This document shows, piece by piece, positions 16,236 to 25,806 of a DNA stretch of 64,000 nucleotides (the first letter of the stretch is position 1; each line of letters opens with the position of its first letter). The translations under genes and the position numbers were made by a program. Source of the stretch: a virus; IMG/VR virus record IMGVR_UViG_3300027733_000042, positions 1 to 64,000 of that record. One strand, 5' to 3'. Below the pieces are notes generated by a model. It had not been told where the DNA came from, searched no databases, and saw nothing but the letters and a program-made list of their open reading frames with translations.

Positions 16236-18133
16236 AACCTAGAATAAGGGATAATATAACGAAGGTGTGAAAGTGATTCTTTTACACCTTTTTCTTTTTC
16301 TGAATGAGTCGTCGCATTTGCAAGTTCTGGAGTATCTACTGTTCCTTTACGAACACTATTCCAAAAATCTTCAAACTGATCATCAGTATCACCATATTTT
16401 TTATAGATTACTGGAATAATACTTGGCTGACCAAATAATTTGGCATAATTGTTTTGATAATTTGTAATTCTATCAAATGTTTCTTTTTCACTAGAATCAA
16501 AATTTGCTGCAGGCAGATATGTTGCGCCAGCCTCTTCTTTTTGTTTGTGAATATCTTGTGCAATCCATGTCTGCATAGCCGAATTTCCCCAATATTTAAT
16601 TTCTTCTTCCTTATATCCAGCCTTCTGTGCGTCGACTCCAGTAATTAATTTAATAATCTGTTTTCCAATGAATAGTGAAAGTTGACCTGCAGATTTTGTG
16701 ACTCTCCAGCCTTTCTTTAAGAAATATTTACCGACTCCTTCAAGCATCTTAGTATTAGATGATGCAACGCTTGAATAATATTTAGCAATTGCTTTTTCTT
16801 CGCCAACTGCAAATAAACCAGTTGCTTTTTTATCAAATACTTTGACTAGGTGCTCTGCTGGAAATTCTTTAGTTAGAAGCTTGCCGTCTGATCCGATAAT
16901 TTTTGCAGTTTGTGTAACTGGATCGATTTCCATTGCGATTTTGCTATCCTTTAGCATAGCCTCAACTGCAACATCTGCGTCCTTTGCTGCAAGATCAAGA
17001 GCGACTTTTTCAGCTTCACCAAATTCTTTTGAAAAGTTACCAAGTTTTTCTCCATACTTTGAGAAAGCTTTGCCCATTGTTTCAAAGAAACCTTTCAACG
17101 GCTTACCGATAAATGGAATCCAGCCAACCACTTTTCCAACAAATGCTTCAAAGAATTTTCCAAGCATGCCAGTAGCTTTGCCTAAAGCCTCAGTAACATT
17201 TTTTGCAATAAATCTTAATAATTTAATAGCTGGGCCACTCTCTTTTGCTGGTAATTTAGCTAGCATTTCGCCGCCTTCTTTACTTCCGCCTTTCATCATT
17301 GCCATAATTACTGGCTCTGCGGCGTTTGCTCCAGGTTTAAGAAGCTTTATCATATCTCCTGCACCAAATACCAATGCTCCGATTAATGAAATACAGCCTA
17401 ATAGCCATTTACCTCTAATGAAATAGATGATTGCGTTAATAATATCGGCAATGGCACCGACTCCGGGAATAATAAAATCACCAAATGCTCCAATAATATC
17501 AAGTAACAGATGCAGAATACCGATCGGCGATCCGCCTTCAGTAATTCCATCGTATAAACTATTTAGAAAGCCTAAAACTCCACCTTTACTATGTTGAGTT
17601 GCAGCTCCTCCAGCAAGGGCTGCATCAAACTCTTCTGGAGTTCCTGCAATTTGACCTGCTGGTGCAGGTGGAGTAGTAGATGCAGTTGCCGGTTTTGCGC
17701 CGCCAATTAGAGCAGCTTTTAATTGATCTCCAAATTGAGTAGTTGGAATCGCGGCTGCTGCCTGTTCAGTAAGTAGAGTAGTAAGTTTATCTTTTACACG
17801 AAGTCTAAAAATTTCAGCGGCTTCGTTTATTTTAGTTGAATTTGGAACTTTTAGCTTAATTTTAGCCTGTTCAAGTATCTCATTCTTTCCTGAGATAAGT
17901 TCCTTATAGTAATTAGTAACTGCTTTTGCACCCTGATTTAAAATCATATCTAGGTGTAGGTCAAACGCAAGATTCTCCGGAATCGACATTTCAGCAAGAT
18001 TTAGCATCTTTGCTTCCCATTCAATGTTTTCAAAGGTTATTACTGGCGCAAAGATATGCTCATTTCCTTTGAAATATTCATTTATTAGTTTGGTTGACTC
18101 CGGTTGAGAGCCGTATGCTGAAACATATTTCAT
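16232..18133 (-). CDS. Protein with a pre-toxin-TG-like hydrophobic hairpin (probable membrane-inserting virion protein)
   Basis: HLLLDIIGAFGDFIIPGVGAIADIINAIIYFIRGKWLLGCISLIGALVFGAGD. Late promoter at 18154-18161. Confidence 0.6.
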   Translation of the reverse strand: MKYVSAYGSQPESTKLINEYFKGNEHIFAPVITFENIEWEAKMLNLAEMSIPENLAFDLHLDMILNQGAKAVTNYYKELISGKNEILEQAKIKLKVPNSTKINEAAEIFRLRVKDKLTTLLTEQAAAAIPTTQFGDQLKAALIGGAKPATASTTPPAPAGQIAGTPEEFDAALAGGAATQHSKGGVLGFLNSLYDGITEGGSPIGILHLLLDIIGAFGDFIIPGVGAIADIINAIIYFIRGKWLLGCISLIGALVFGAGDMIKLLKPGANAAEPVIMAMMKGGSKEGGEMLAKLPAKESGPAIKLLRFIAKNVTEALGKATGMLGKFFEAFVGKVVGWIPFIGKPLKGFFETMGKAFSKYGEKLGNFSKEFGEAEKVALDLAAKDADVAVEAMLKDSKIAMEIDPVTQTAKIIGSDGKLLTKEFPAEHLVKVFDKKATGLFAVGEEKAIAKYYSSVASSNTKMLEGVGKYFLKKGWRVTKSAGQLSLFIGKQIIKLITGVDAQKAGYKEEEIKYWGNSAMQTWIAQDIHKQKEEAGATYLPAANFDSSEKETFDRITNYQNNYAKLFGQPSIIPVIYKKYGDTDDQFEDFWNSVRKGTVDTPELANATTHSEKEKGVKESLSHLRYIIPYSRF

Positions 18134-18253
18134 TAATACAGAATCTTTCTTATTATTTATCTAGACTACACAGGTTAGTTTTTAATTATCTTTTCAAAAA
18201 GAGAACTGCAGTTTCTTAAATAGCGGTTGTAATATTTATCTAAACGCTTGAAA

Positions 18254-18442
18254 TCAATAGAATTGGGAGGATTGTGCATTTAAACGACCAATTAGTTCTC
18301 TAAATAGAGACACGTCATTTGTGCGGTTAAAAAATAGCACAACATATTTTGTCGCGGCTTCAATATGATCGACTGTTGTACAGCTTTCGATTACTCGAAT
18401 TACTTTCTGTTCTATTTCTTGATTAGTCATATGTGTTTTCAC
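18254..18442 (-). CDS. Small hypothetical protein
   Basis: KVIRVIESCTTVDHIEAATKYV helical ORF overlapping the upstream gene. Confidence 0.65.
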   Translation of the reverse strand: MKTHMTNQEIEQKVIRVIESCTTVDHIEAATKYVVLFFNRTNDVSLFRELIGRLNAQSSQFY

Positions 18443-19493
18443 AATAGTTAAGGTAAGAATTAATAAAGGTTAAGTATGCCTTTTTCAAGTCGTCTTGGTC
18501 GCACTCATTTAAGTAAATAATGATTTCACGCAAATCATCCGGAGTATTAAACGAAAAAGTTTCACTTAAGAATGAAAATTTATATGAAACTGGGATCATT
18601 CCAAAAATCATCGCTTCATATATTCTGGCTGGAATAAATCGACGCTCGTCATATTTTTCTTTAGTAACATTAATCATTACTAAATATTTTTCAAGCGTTG
18701 ACCATACTGCTTGCCGCATATTTCGATAGGTCAATAGAATATTTGGTTGTAAATTTTCAAGGTCTTTTTGCTTTCCAATGAGTATTAATTTTACGACATT
18801 TGGATTTCGAATACTTGTTGTTGATAATAAACCTAACACGTCCATTAGAATTGAACTTTTTGAGTTTCCGCTCTTATAATTTGAAGTATCAATATTTCCA
18901 TAAAATACAGAAGCTTTCTCTTTTGTATAATTCTCTTTATGTACTGCGACACACTCTAATAAGAACCGATTAGATATTCCTGGAAAATCAATAGATGGAA
19001 TACTAATAGTTACTACGTCTCCATATATTTTATAAAATGATGTAGGCAATGAAAGATCAGTATCAAGTATTATGATATTTTCCTTAGTATAACCCGACGC
19101 AACTGCAGTATCAATAATCTCTTCGAAATCATGAGCATCTTTCCATTTTTTAGTAAGTGTTGAGATGTTTCTAAATCTAGCTTTAAGATATAGTTGTGAA
19201 TATTTTTTAGTACGAATATTATCCAATACTGTACTTAAATATAACCCATATTCATCAAACACATCGGTTCGATATTTAGCAAATACTTTTCCAAGATCAG
19301 TGTCTGGAAATTGAATACCCTTTGGGATTTCACCAGCCTGCAATTCCTTTGGGTAATACGAATAGAAATCAAATTTTTCGACTCCATACGATACTCTAAT
19401 TGAGTCGATCAACCCTAGTTGATATAATGAATGTCCTGGCGAGTCAATTGTGTGTAGGTCGATTAGACCAAAATATGCATATAGTGCTTTCAT
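18423..19493 (-). CDS. GT-B glycosyltransferase, T4 beta-glucosyltransferase-like
   Basis: C-terminal VFYGNI..YKSG and INVTKEKYDERRFIPARIYEAMIFGMIPV resemble the nucleotide-sugar binding region of T4 BGT. Confidence 0.6.
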   Translation of the reverse strand: MKALYAYFGLIDLHTIDSPGHSLYQLGLIDSIRVSYGVEKFDFYSYYPKELQAGEIPKGIQFPDTDLGKVFAKYRTDVFDEYGLYLSTVLDNIRTKKYSQLYLKARFRNISTLTKKWKDAHDFEEIIDTAVASGYTKENIIILDTDLSLPTSFYKIYGDVVTISIPSIDFPGISNRFLLECVAVHKENYTKEKASVFYGNIDTSNYKSGNSKSSILMDVLGLLSTTSIRNPNVVKLILIGKQKDLENLQPNILLTYRNMRQAVWSTLEKYLVMINVTKEKYDERRFIPARIYEAMIFGMIPVSYKFSFLSETFSFNTPDDLREIIIYLNECDQDDLKKAYLTFINSYLNYCENTYD

Positions 19494-19499
19494 ATTCTG

Positions 19500-19937
19500 T
19501 TATATTGATTTTAAGTTAACTGGTTTTATTAGATTTTCAGGTCGCTTGGCCCAAGCCAAATACGTATTTAATACTCCATCAGTCGGCATAACGGTCAAAT
19601 TTCCTTTCTGGAATATCTCCCAGGAATCTTGTGTATACTTACCTATTCCATATAATTCACTAGGTTCGGACCAATCTAGGGTCATCCAGTCTATCGAGAA
19701 TCGCCGAATAGTATTTGTTCGCCTATTCTTAAAGCCCAATGACGCAAGCAGATCTGCCATCTCAAATGGATCAGCACAGGCTGCTTCAAGAGCATTTGGA
19801 TATCTTCTAAAAAATTCTTCGCGAATCACATCTACCTGTTTTCTAGAAGTACAGTTTAACATGATACAACAAACGAGCATCCTCCACGGATGCTCGTTGT
19901 ATATTTCTTGTAGTAAATTATATGGACTATTTCTCAT
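19500..19937 (-). CDS. MBD4-like HhH-GPD DNA glycosylase
   Basis: LLQE...PWRMLVCCIMLNCTS..FFRRYP..LGF..R..ELYGIGKYTQDSWEIF..PTD (catalytic Asp present). Confidence 0.88.
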   Translation of the reverse strand: MRNSPYNLLQEIYNEHPWRMLVCCIMLNCTSRKQVDVIREEFFRRYPNALEAACADPFEMADLLASLGFKNRRTNTIRRFSIDWMTLDWSEPSELYGIGKYTQDSWEIFQKGNLTVMPTDGVLNTYLAWAKRPENLIKPVNLKSI

Positions 19938-20748
19938 CCGATTTCATCGCTACAAAGTGAGTGATAAAATTCTTACCATATTCAACATTTGGTAATCCTC
20001 GGATGATATCGAAACCTGCATTTTTGAAGATGCTCATGATTTCTTGGTATAGGGTGACACGATAGTTTTTATCTTTAGTTATCGTACGCATTGCATTAAA
20101 ATGCCATTCAACAATTACTAATCGAATATTTGACCAGTCTTTAACTGATTTGATTAATTCGTATTCGGCACCTTCAACATCCATTTTTATGGCAGTTGCA
20201 CCAGAGCTTGTAATTGCATCATTGATATTGATTGCCGGAACAGTAATTACGTCGCGACCTTTTACTGGAAGGATTGAGTGTTTGCCGGAGTCAGATGAAA
20301 TAAAGAAATCGATTGATGTTTCGTTATTTGGAACAATTGCTTTTTGTACAAATTCACAAGTTCCTTCAACATTATTTACTTTCACATTCTCTAATGCAAA
20401 ACTTACGTTATGTGGAAGAGCCTCATATGAAATAATCTTTTTGATCTTTGGAAACTGTTTTGCCATACGAATTGCAAAGAATCCTAAGTGACCACCAACA
20501 TCTAACCACGTATCTTCACGATTAAGTGAATGGTTTACATTTAACGGTGCTCCCATTCTTTCTGAAACGAATGGTTTAATATACTCGCCACTGTTTGGGC
20601 TTTTTGAAACGTTTGTTCCTACATTATACTTGACTTCATTAAGTCCTTTTCTAACATAAAATTTAAAATCAGAGTATTGGGTTTTCCAATCAACTAATTC
20701 AAGTTGGTCAAATTTTTTGGCAGTTGTAAAATCTATTCTAGTGTCCAT
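19927..20748 (-). CDS. FkbM-family SAM-dependent methyltransferase
   Basis: WLDVGGHLGFF, ISYEA, IKMDVEGAEYELI, IVEWH. Confidence 0.9.
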   Translation of the reverse strand: MDTRIDFTTAKKFDQLELVDWKTQYSDFKFYVRKGLNEVKYNVGTNVSKSPNSGEYIKPFVSERMGAPLNVNHSLNREDTWLDVGGHLGFFAIRMAKQFPKIKKIISYEALPHNVSFALENVKVNNVEGTCEFVQKAIVPNNETSIDFFISSDSGKHSILPVKGRDVITVPAININDAITSSGATAIKMDVEGAEYELIKSVKDWSNIRLVIVEWHFNAMRTITKDKNYRVTLYQEIMSIFKNAGFDIIRGLPNVEYGKNFITHFVAMKSDEK

Positions 20749-20864
20749 ATTAAAAATTAAGTGTTTACTTATTGTACTGTGCAGCTCAAATCGGTTTTGA
20801 TTAGTTTACATATTTATGCTGTTTTACTTTACATATTATACTATTTTTCTGGCTAATCTAAAAT

Positions 20865-20889
20865 AAAAAAGGAGCATTTGCTCCTTTTT
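20865..20889 (-). terminator. Intrinsic terminator (bidirectional-type)
   Basis: AAAAAAGGAGC-ATTT-GCTCCTTTTT directly after the stop at 20893. Confidence 0.85.
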
Positions 20890-20892
20890 ACT

Positions 20893-21150
20893 TTATAGTA
20901 CGTTAAGTGATTTTTCTTTAGGTCTTTTCTTTCGAGTTATATCTTCTGCTTTTGAGCTTTTCTTTTTGATGGGCGCGATCTTATGTACTTCTGATGTTGG
21001 ATATCGTTCACTTTTTGAGCCACACATTACTATGTATTCACCACTTAGTCCATTTACTCCAATTACTTTACCGATTTTTCCTTTTACTTCGACTGGATCG
21101 CCAATTTTAAATTTGATCTCTTTAGCTTTACCTTCGTTTACGCTAGTTCC
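20893..21150 (-). CDS. Start-less -1 frame extension (85 aa, SH3/KOW-like plus basic tail) of the 21138-22736 gene
   Basis: GTSVNEGKAKEIKFKIGDPVEVKGKIGKVIGVNGLSGEYIVMCGSKSERYPTSEVHKI...NVL*. The frame opens just before the A9 run at 21151-21159. Confidence 0.7.
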   Translation of the reverse strand, partial: GTSVNEGKAKEIKFKIGDPVEVKGKIGKVIGVNGLSGEYIVMCGSKSERYPTSEVHKIAPIKKKSSKAEDITRKKRPKEKSLNVL

Positions 21151-22736
21151 TTTTTTTTTAATAGATCAAGACGAATAAATTCTTCTTTTAAATTATTGAT
21201 TGTTTTTTCAACAGATTCTCTAATGTCTTCAAGTTTGTTGATACTTTGAGCATCAAGATCAGTATTTGCACAAGACTCAGTTAATTTCTTAGCTGCTCCT
21301 TCTAATTTTTCGATATCTGCTAGGATAACCTTTTTTTGTTCTTCGATCTTCATAATCTCAGCAACTTCTTTGTTGATTTCAGTTCCGAAAATAGGGCTAA
21401 TATCGTAATTAAATTTAGTTTTAAAGAACTCAAACATTTCAAGTTCATTTACTTCATTCCATACTCTATCAGAAGTATTTACTTTTTCACAGATGAAGTA
21501 TTTGTCATTTAATTTAACAAGTACAGCTTCTGCCAGTGTTCTATCATTTGAAATTTCTTTAATAAAATCAAAATTGAATAGACAATTTGTATTTTCAATA
21601 ATCTTTGAAACTTTTGTTTTAACGACATTGTTCTCTAGTGCTAGAGCTTCAGATACATTTACTGCATTTGGAGTTCCGATTTTTGAACCATTTACATACA
21701 AGTCAACTCCTTTTTCTTCGTTTACTTTGAAACCAAGTTTAAAGTTTCTGATTGATTTTGATTCGACACCAAGACCATCGTCAGATTTAGCAAAACCTAG
21801 AGTTGCATATGCTTCACAAAGATCGTAGAAATTACCATACGTTGTTTTTACATAATTTGGGTCAACATCCGCAATTTTGAATGCTCCGTCTAAATGAATT
21901 TTTGATTCATTTCCAGCTAATCCTTTAGCTTCACGAATTGATAAAAAACGATTGTCAGTATAAACAATTAATCCGTCAGCTGTTTGCACGGCTGGAGAAA
22001 CTAGGTTGTTTATTTTAGTATCGAAGTTGCCTTCACCTAGAGTAAAATTTCCAGTTTGAGCGGATTCGATAATTGAAAGGTCATTAATTAATGCAGAAAC
22101 TGCAGGAACAGATGTTCCGTATTTGACCTTAAGAATATCTGCTGTATAACTTTCGTCAATCAGCATACGTTTTAAGTCCGAACTTACACCTGCATAAATT
22201 GCAGAGTTTAATGAATCCATTTGATAGATTGTATTTAGTACTGCAAGTTTTGATTGGTTTTCGTTTACATATTGTTTTACAGAAGCAACGCATTTTTTAA
22301 TAGTTACATCGTAATTGTATTGTTCAAACATGTTAATAAATGATGCACAGACTGCAAAATCTACTGCACCTTTGTTTAAATATGATTCAAATGAATCAAT
22401 TTTAGTCTTAACTAATGGATTACAGTATGCGTTAGATTCTTTAAGTAAATTGATTTTAGCTAAAAGATTTACTTCTTTTGCAATAGTTGTAACTTTTGCG
22501 TCCGGTGTGTTTGCACTTTCGTCAAATTTAGTTAGTAGGGTACTTAACTCAGGATTTTTAATCGTTTCGTTAATATATGCTAGTCCAGTTTTAAGATTTG
22601 CACTAACCAACGCAACGTTTTCTCCTAATGCAATCGATTTATTTGCGGATTCGACTATCATCTTTACTAATGGCTCAGAGCTCACAGACTTATTAGAATT
22701 GAGGTCGGCTAGCATTTTTTGCAAGAATTCGTTCAT
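21138..22736 (-). CDS. Late hypothetical protein, possible prohead core/scaffold
   Basis: 532 aa, many [ILV]xE sites, C-terminal coiled coil, late promoter at 22760-22767. Confidence 0.7.
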   Translation of the reverse strand: MNEFLQKMLADLNSNKSVSSEPLVKMIVESANKSIALGENVALVSANLKTGLAYINETIKNPELSTLLTKFDESANTPDAKVTTIAKEVNLLAKINLLKESNAYCNPLVKTKIDSFESYLNKGAVDFAVCASFINMFEQYNYDVTIKKCVASVKQYVNENQSKLAVLNTIYQMDSLNSAIYAGVSSDLKRMLIDESYTADILKVKYGTSVPAVSALINDLSIIESAQTGNFTLGEGNFDTKINNLVSPAVQTADGLIVYTDNRFLSIREAKGLAGNESKIHLDGAFKIADVDPNYVKTTYGNFYDLCEAYATLGFAKSDDGLGVESKSIRNFKLGFKVNEEKGVDLYVNGSKIGTPNAVNVSEALALENNVVKTKVSKIIENTNCLFNFDFIKEISNDRTLAEAVLVKLNDKYFICEKVNTSDRVWNEVNELEMFEFFKTKFNYDISPIFGTEINKEVAEIMKIEEQKKVILADIEKLEGAAKKLTESCANTDLDAQSINKLEDIRESVEKTINNLKEEFIRLDLLKKKELA

Positions 22737-22802
22737 TGTGGTAATGATTTATTTTAGTTTATTTATCTGACTTTTAGAGCAGATATTCATAATTTCCGGG
22801 AT

Positions 22803-24779
22803 CTATTTAAGACCCTTTCCAGCATTTGTTGAATTTGGGGAAACACTTTGTGGCAAAGATACTCCGAATTTATTAACTACTGGTGAGACTGCAGTCTTCT
22901 TAATAGCAGTATGTGGAACAACTGCAGTTGCTGTATCTTTAACTAATGTATTTGCTTTAATCTCATTTAGAGTAGATTGAAGCTGAGACATGGCATTTCC
23001 TTCTTCTTTCGCAGTAGCGATTGCAAGGTCAATATCTGATTGTTCAGTTGCTTTTCTCCATTCTCCAGTATAAATTAAAGTCTCTGTTCCATCCTGCCCA
23101 ACTGATATTAAATAGGCAGTTCTATTTTGTGCCTGTAAGATAGCTTCACTATCCTTTTTTGAAACAGTAAATGCAATTACACCAGTTGAAAGATTTTCAA
23201 TTTTGGAATTATTCATGTTTGTGATAGGAATTTTACCACTATCTGTTTCAAATACAAGTCGATATTTTGCAGAATTTATATTTAAGTCCAACGGAACTTG
23301 TGTAACTTTGCTGCTTGATGTATTTGTTGTGTATACCTTTAATTTGATGATATTATCGAATGGTGAAAGAATAAATCGAAGTTTTCCTTGGGAGAAGATT
23401 ACTTCTTCTAGGGAGTCTTTTGTTTTAATTAGGGAACTTACATTCGATATAGATATGCTACTATTATTGAAAAAGATCGGCACATATTCAGTCTGAACAA
23501 CTTTGCTTACTGCAGTGATTTGTGCAGGAATATTCGTATTAAGTTTAGGCTCGCTAAATAATTTACTTGCCTCAAAGCTCTTCTTGATAATTTTATTGTA
23601 CACCTTTTGAGATTGTGGCTTATCCTGTAATGGCAGAGTGATTAACTTCTTACCATATTTCTTTGGAGAAATTAATGAGAATGATGCTTCACGGATAATT
23701 TGCTCACCATTTGAACGGTTAGTTAAACGTGCAAGATAATCAATCGACATACTTACTGCTTCATTTGCATTTCGCAATACTGGTCTAAATGTATTTGGTT
23801 CATCAAATCTTTCCTCTTGGAAGAAGACAAACCGTGCAGTATTATTGAAACGTGTGCCGACTTGTTCAAATACGCTAATTTGATGAATGATTATCCAGTC
23901 ATTTGCTGGATTTCGTTGATTTAAAATGCTAATTAAATCTGATGGGAAACCGGCATTGAATGTCATATAGAATTCAATAAAATCTCCGTCTATCGCTTCA
24001 CTGATATATGCACCAACATTGTCAAATTCATTGCTTTGTGAAAGCGGTGCTTCGAAATATTCAGTTACCTCAAAAGTATCGTATGTCACACCGGCATTTG
24101 TGTATAGAGTTTTACGTCTTCCGCATTCTCCTAGACCAATTGAGAGTTGATTGTTGTATATGAATCCAGTTGACCCGAGTGCATTTGGCGTAATTGCGGC
24201 AACAAAGGTTGATGCTGGGACAAGTGCTGTTTTATAATCCTCGTTAATATTCTTAATGGATGGAACCATAAGATCAATATATCGATCATACGTTGCATTC
24301 GCTAAGAATAGTGGCTTTGGATTGAAACTAATTAATTGAGCAATTGTTTCTGGTGCAAGTAGAATATTTGCAAACAGGTTTGACTTGCCGTCATTTTCTG
24401 AGTGTTTAATACTTAGAATTAGAGCTTTGAAATTATCAAAATCAAAACCTGCAACAAAATGGAATCTAACTTGATCCATTACAACATTATATCCAGTGAT
24501 TGGAGTCTGTGTGATTTCAGCATCATATGCTAAATAGTTCGGTATCTTCTCGCTATCTAAATAAGCGAACGTATTATTGCCAATAGGAACGACTGTTAAA
24601 TCTTGGATATTCTTAGTAGATGAAAATGAACTATCACTATTTAAGATCTGATGTGAGTCAGTATGATTATTTTGGAGTAATACAAATGAATCTGTATAAA
24701 AATCCAATGACCCTAATTGGTCAAACATGTATTCGACAACACAATATGATGTTAAATTTACGAATCTACTTTTTCTCAT
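22803..24779 (-). CDS. Putative structural protein
   Basis: 658-aa beta-rich ORF in the late gene run. Confidence 0.7.
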   Translation of the reverse strand: MRKSRFVNLTSYCVVEYMFDQLGSLDFYTDSFVLLQNNHTDSHQILNSDSSFSSTKNIQDLTVVPIGNNTFAYLDSEKIPNYLAYDAEITQTPITGYNVVMDQVRFHFVAGFDFDNFKALILSIKHSENDGKSNLFANILLAPETIAQLISFNPKPLFLANATYDRYIDLMVPSIKNINEDYKTALVPASTFVAAITPNALGSTGFIYNNQLSIGLGECGRRKTLYTNAGVTYDTFEVTEYFEAPLSQSNEFDNVGAYISEAIDGDFIEFYMTFNAGFPSDLISILNQRNPANDWIIIHQISVFEQVGTRFNNTARFVFFQEERFDEPNTFRPVLRNANEAVSMSIDYLARLTNRSNGEQIIREASFSLISPKKYGKKLITLPLQDKPQSQKVYNKIIKKSFEASKLFSEPKLNTNIPAQITAVSKVVQTEYVPIFFNNSSISISNVSSLIKTKDSLEEVIFSQGKLRFILSPFDNIIKLKVYTTNTSSSKVTQVPLDLNINSAKYRLVFETDSGKIPITNMNNSKIENLSTGVIAFTVSKKDSEAILQAQNRTAYLISVGQDGTETLIYTGEWRKATEQSDIDLAIATAKEEGNAMSQLQSTLNEIKANTLVKDTATAVVPHTAIKKTAVSPVVNKFGVSLPQSVSPNSTNAGKGLK

Positions 24780-24782
24780 TTC

Positions 24783-25574
24783 TTATTTGTTTCTTTTGAG
24801 TGCTTTAAATTTATAGTAATATCCAACTCCAACTTCCTGGTTAGTATTTGCACTAAATATGATATTATGTTGACTTGCAATACTGATTCCTACTCCAATT
24901 CCGATGCAACCAAATGTTGAGGATTTTAGCGGTTTCATATAATTACCACCAACAATGAGTTGAAAAGTTCGATCAACCGTCGGTACATATTTGTCTGGCG
25001 GTAAACTATTTACTTGAAGTGAATCTATGAGTAACCATTCAGGACCGACAATTCTGTGTTTCCATAATCCAGTCTTTTCTTCGGTAACAACTATCTGAAT
25101 TGGCAGTTTACCAAATGACCAATTACCGCGATACGCAGCGGTCTTTTTATTTACAAATCCATCCCATTTAATAAATGGGTCCTTTTCTGCAGGATATTTG
25201 AGTGCAATATCAATTTGATTAGAATCTGTTGGATTAAATTTACCGAATCCTTCTTCAACCGATCCTTTGAGTGAAATAACAGTCGATGTTAAGCTTAATA
25301 TTTTTTCTCCCTGTGACTTAACTACTTTATACAGATCAGTATTTGAATTTTTTAATTCGGTATTTAGATCTTTTTCACTCTTATAATAATCGACTAATTT
25401 AGAATAATTACCATCAGATTCTTTTATTAAAATATTTGATGCAAGAATTGAACGTTTTAATTCATCTGCTTGCCCGATTGAATTCTGACGAATTCCTTCT
25501 ATTCTCCATGCCATAAAAATTAATAATAGGATAAGAATTCCTATAGAAATTAAGTAAAATTTGTCTTTATTCAT
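24783..25574 (-). CDS. Membrane-anchored protein (N-terminal TM, coiled coil, C-terminal beta strands), spanin-like
   Basis: FYLISIGILILLLIFMAW, coiled coil, C-terminal IGIGVGISI..VGVGYYYKF. Confidence 0.55.
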   Translation of the reverse strand: MNKDKFYLISIGILILLLIFMAWRIEGIRQNSIGQADELKRSILASNILIKESDGNYSKLVDYYKSEKDLNTELKNSNTDLYKVVKSQGEKILSLTSTVISLKGSVEEGFGKFNPTDSNQIDIALKYPAEKDPFIKWDGFVNKKTAAYRGNWSFGKLPIQIVVTEEKTGLWKHRIVGPEWLLIDSLQVNSLPPDKYVPTVDRTFQLIVGGNYMKPLKSSTFGCIGIGVGISIASQHNIIFSANTNQEVGVGYYYKFKALKRNK

Positions 25575-25806
25575 TTGTTTGTATTATTTCTAGAAGATCG
25601 TCTTGAGTAAGAGGTCGATCTAACTCTGCTTCTATCTTATTTATTACGATTTTTTCAGCCTTTCGAGTATACTCTAATTCTTGGCTAAGCATGGATTGAC
25701 TATTTGCAAGATCCTGGGCAAGACGGTTAAGCTCAGCCATGTCTTCATGTATTCGACTGTATGTTGAATATACACGTTTTAATTCTTTATTGTATTGCGT
25801 TATCAT
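25567..25806 (-). CDS. Small coiled-coil protein
   Basis: 79-aa ORF overlapping both neighbours. Confidence 0.7.
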   Translation of the reverse strand: MITQYNKELKRVYSTYSRIHEDMAELNRLAQDLANSQSMLSQELEYTRKAEKIVINKIEAELDRPLTQDDLLEIIQTNE

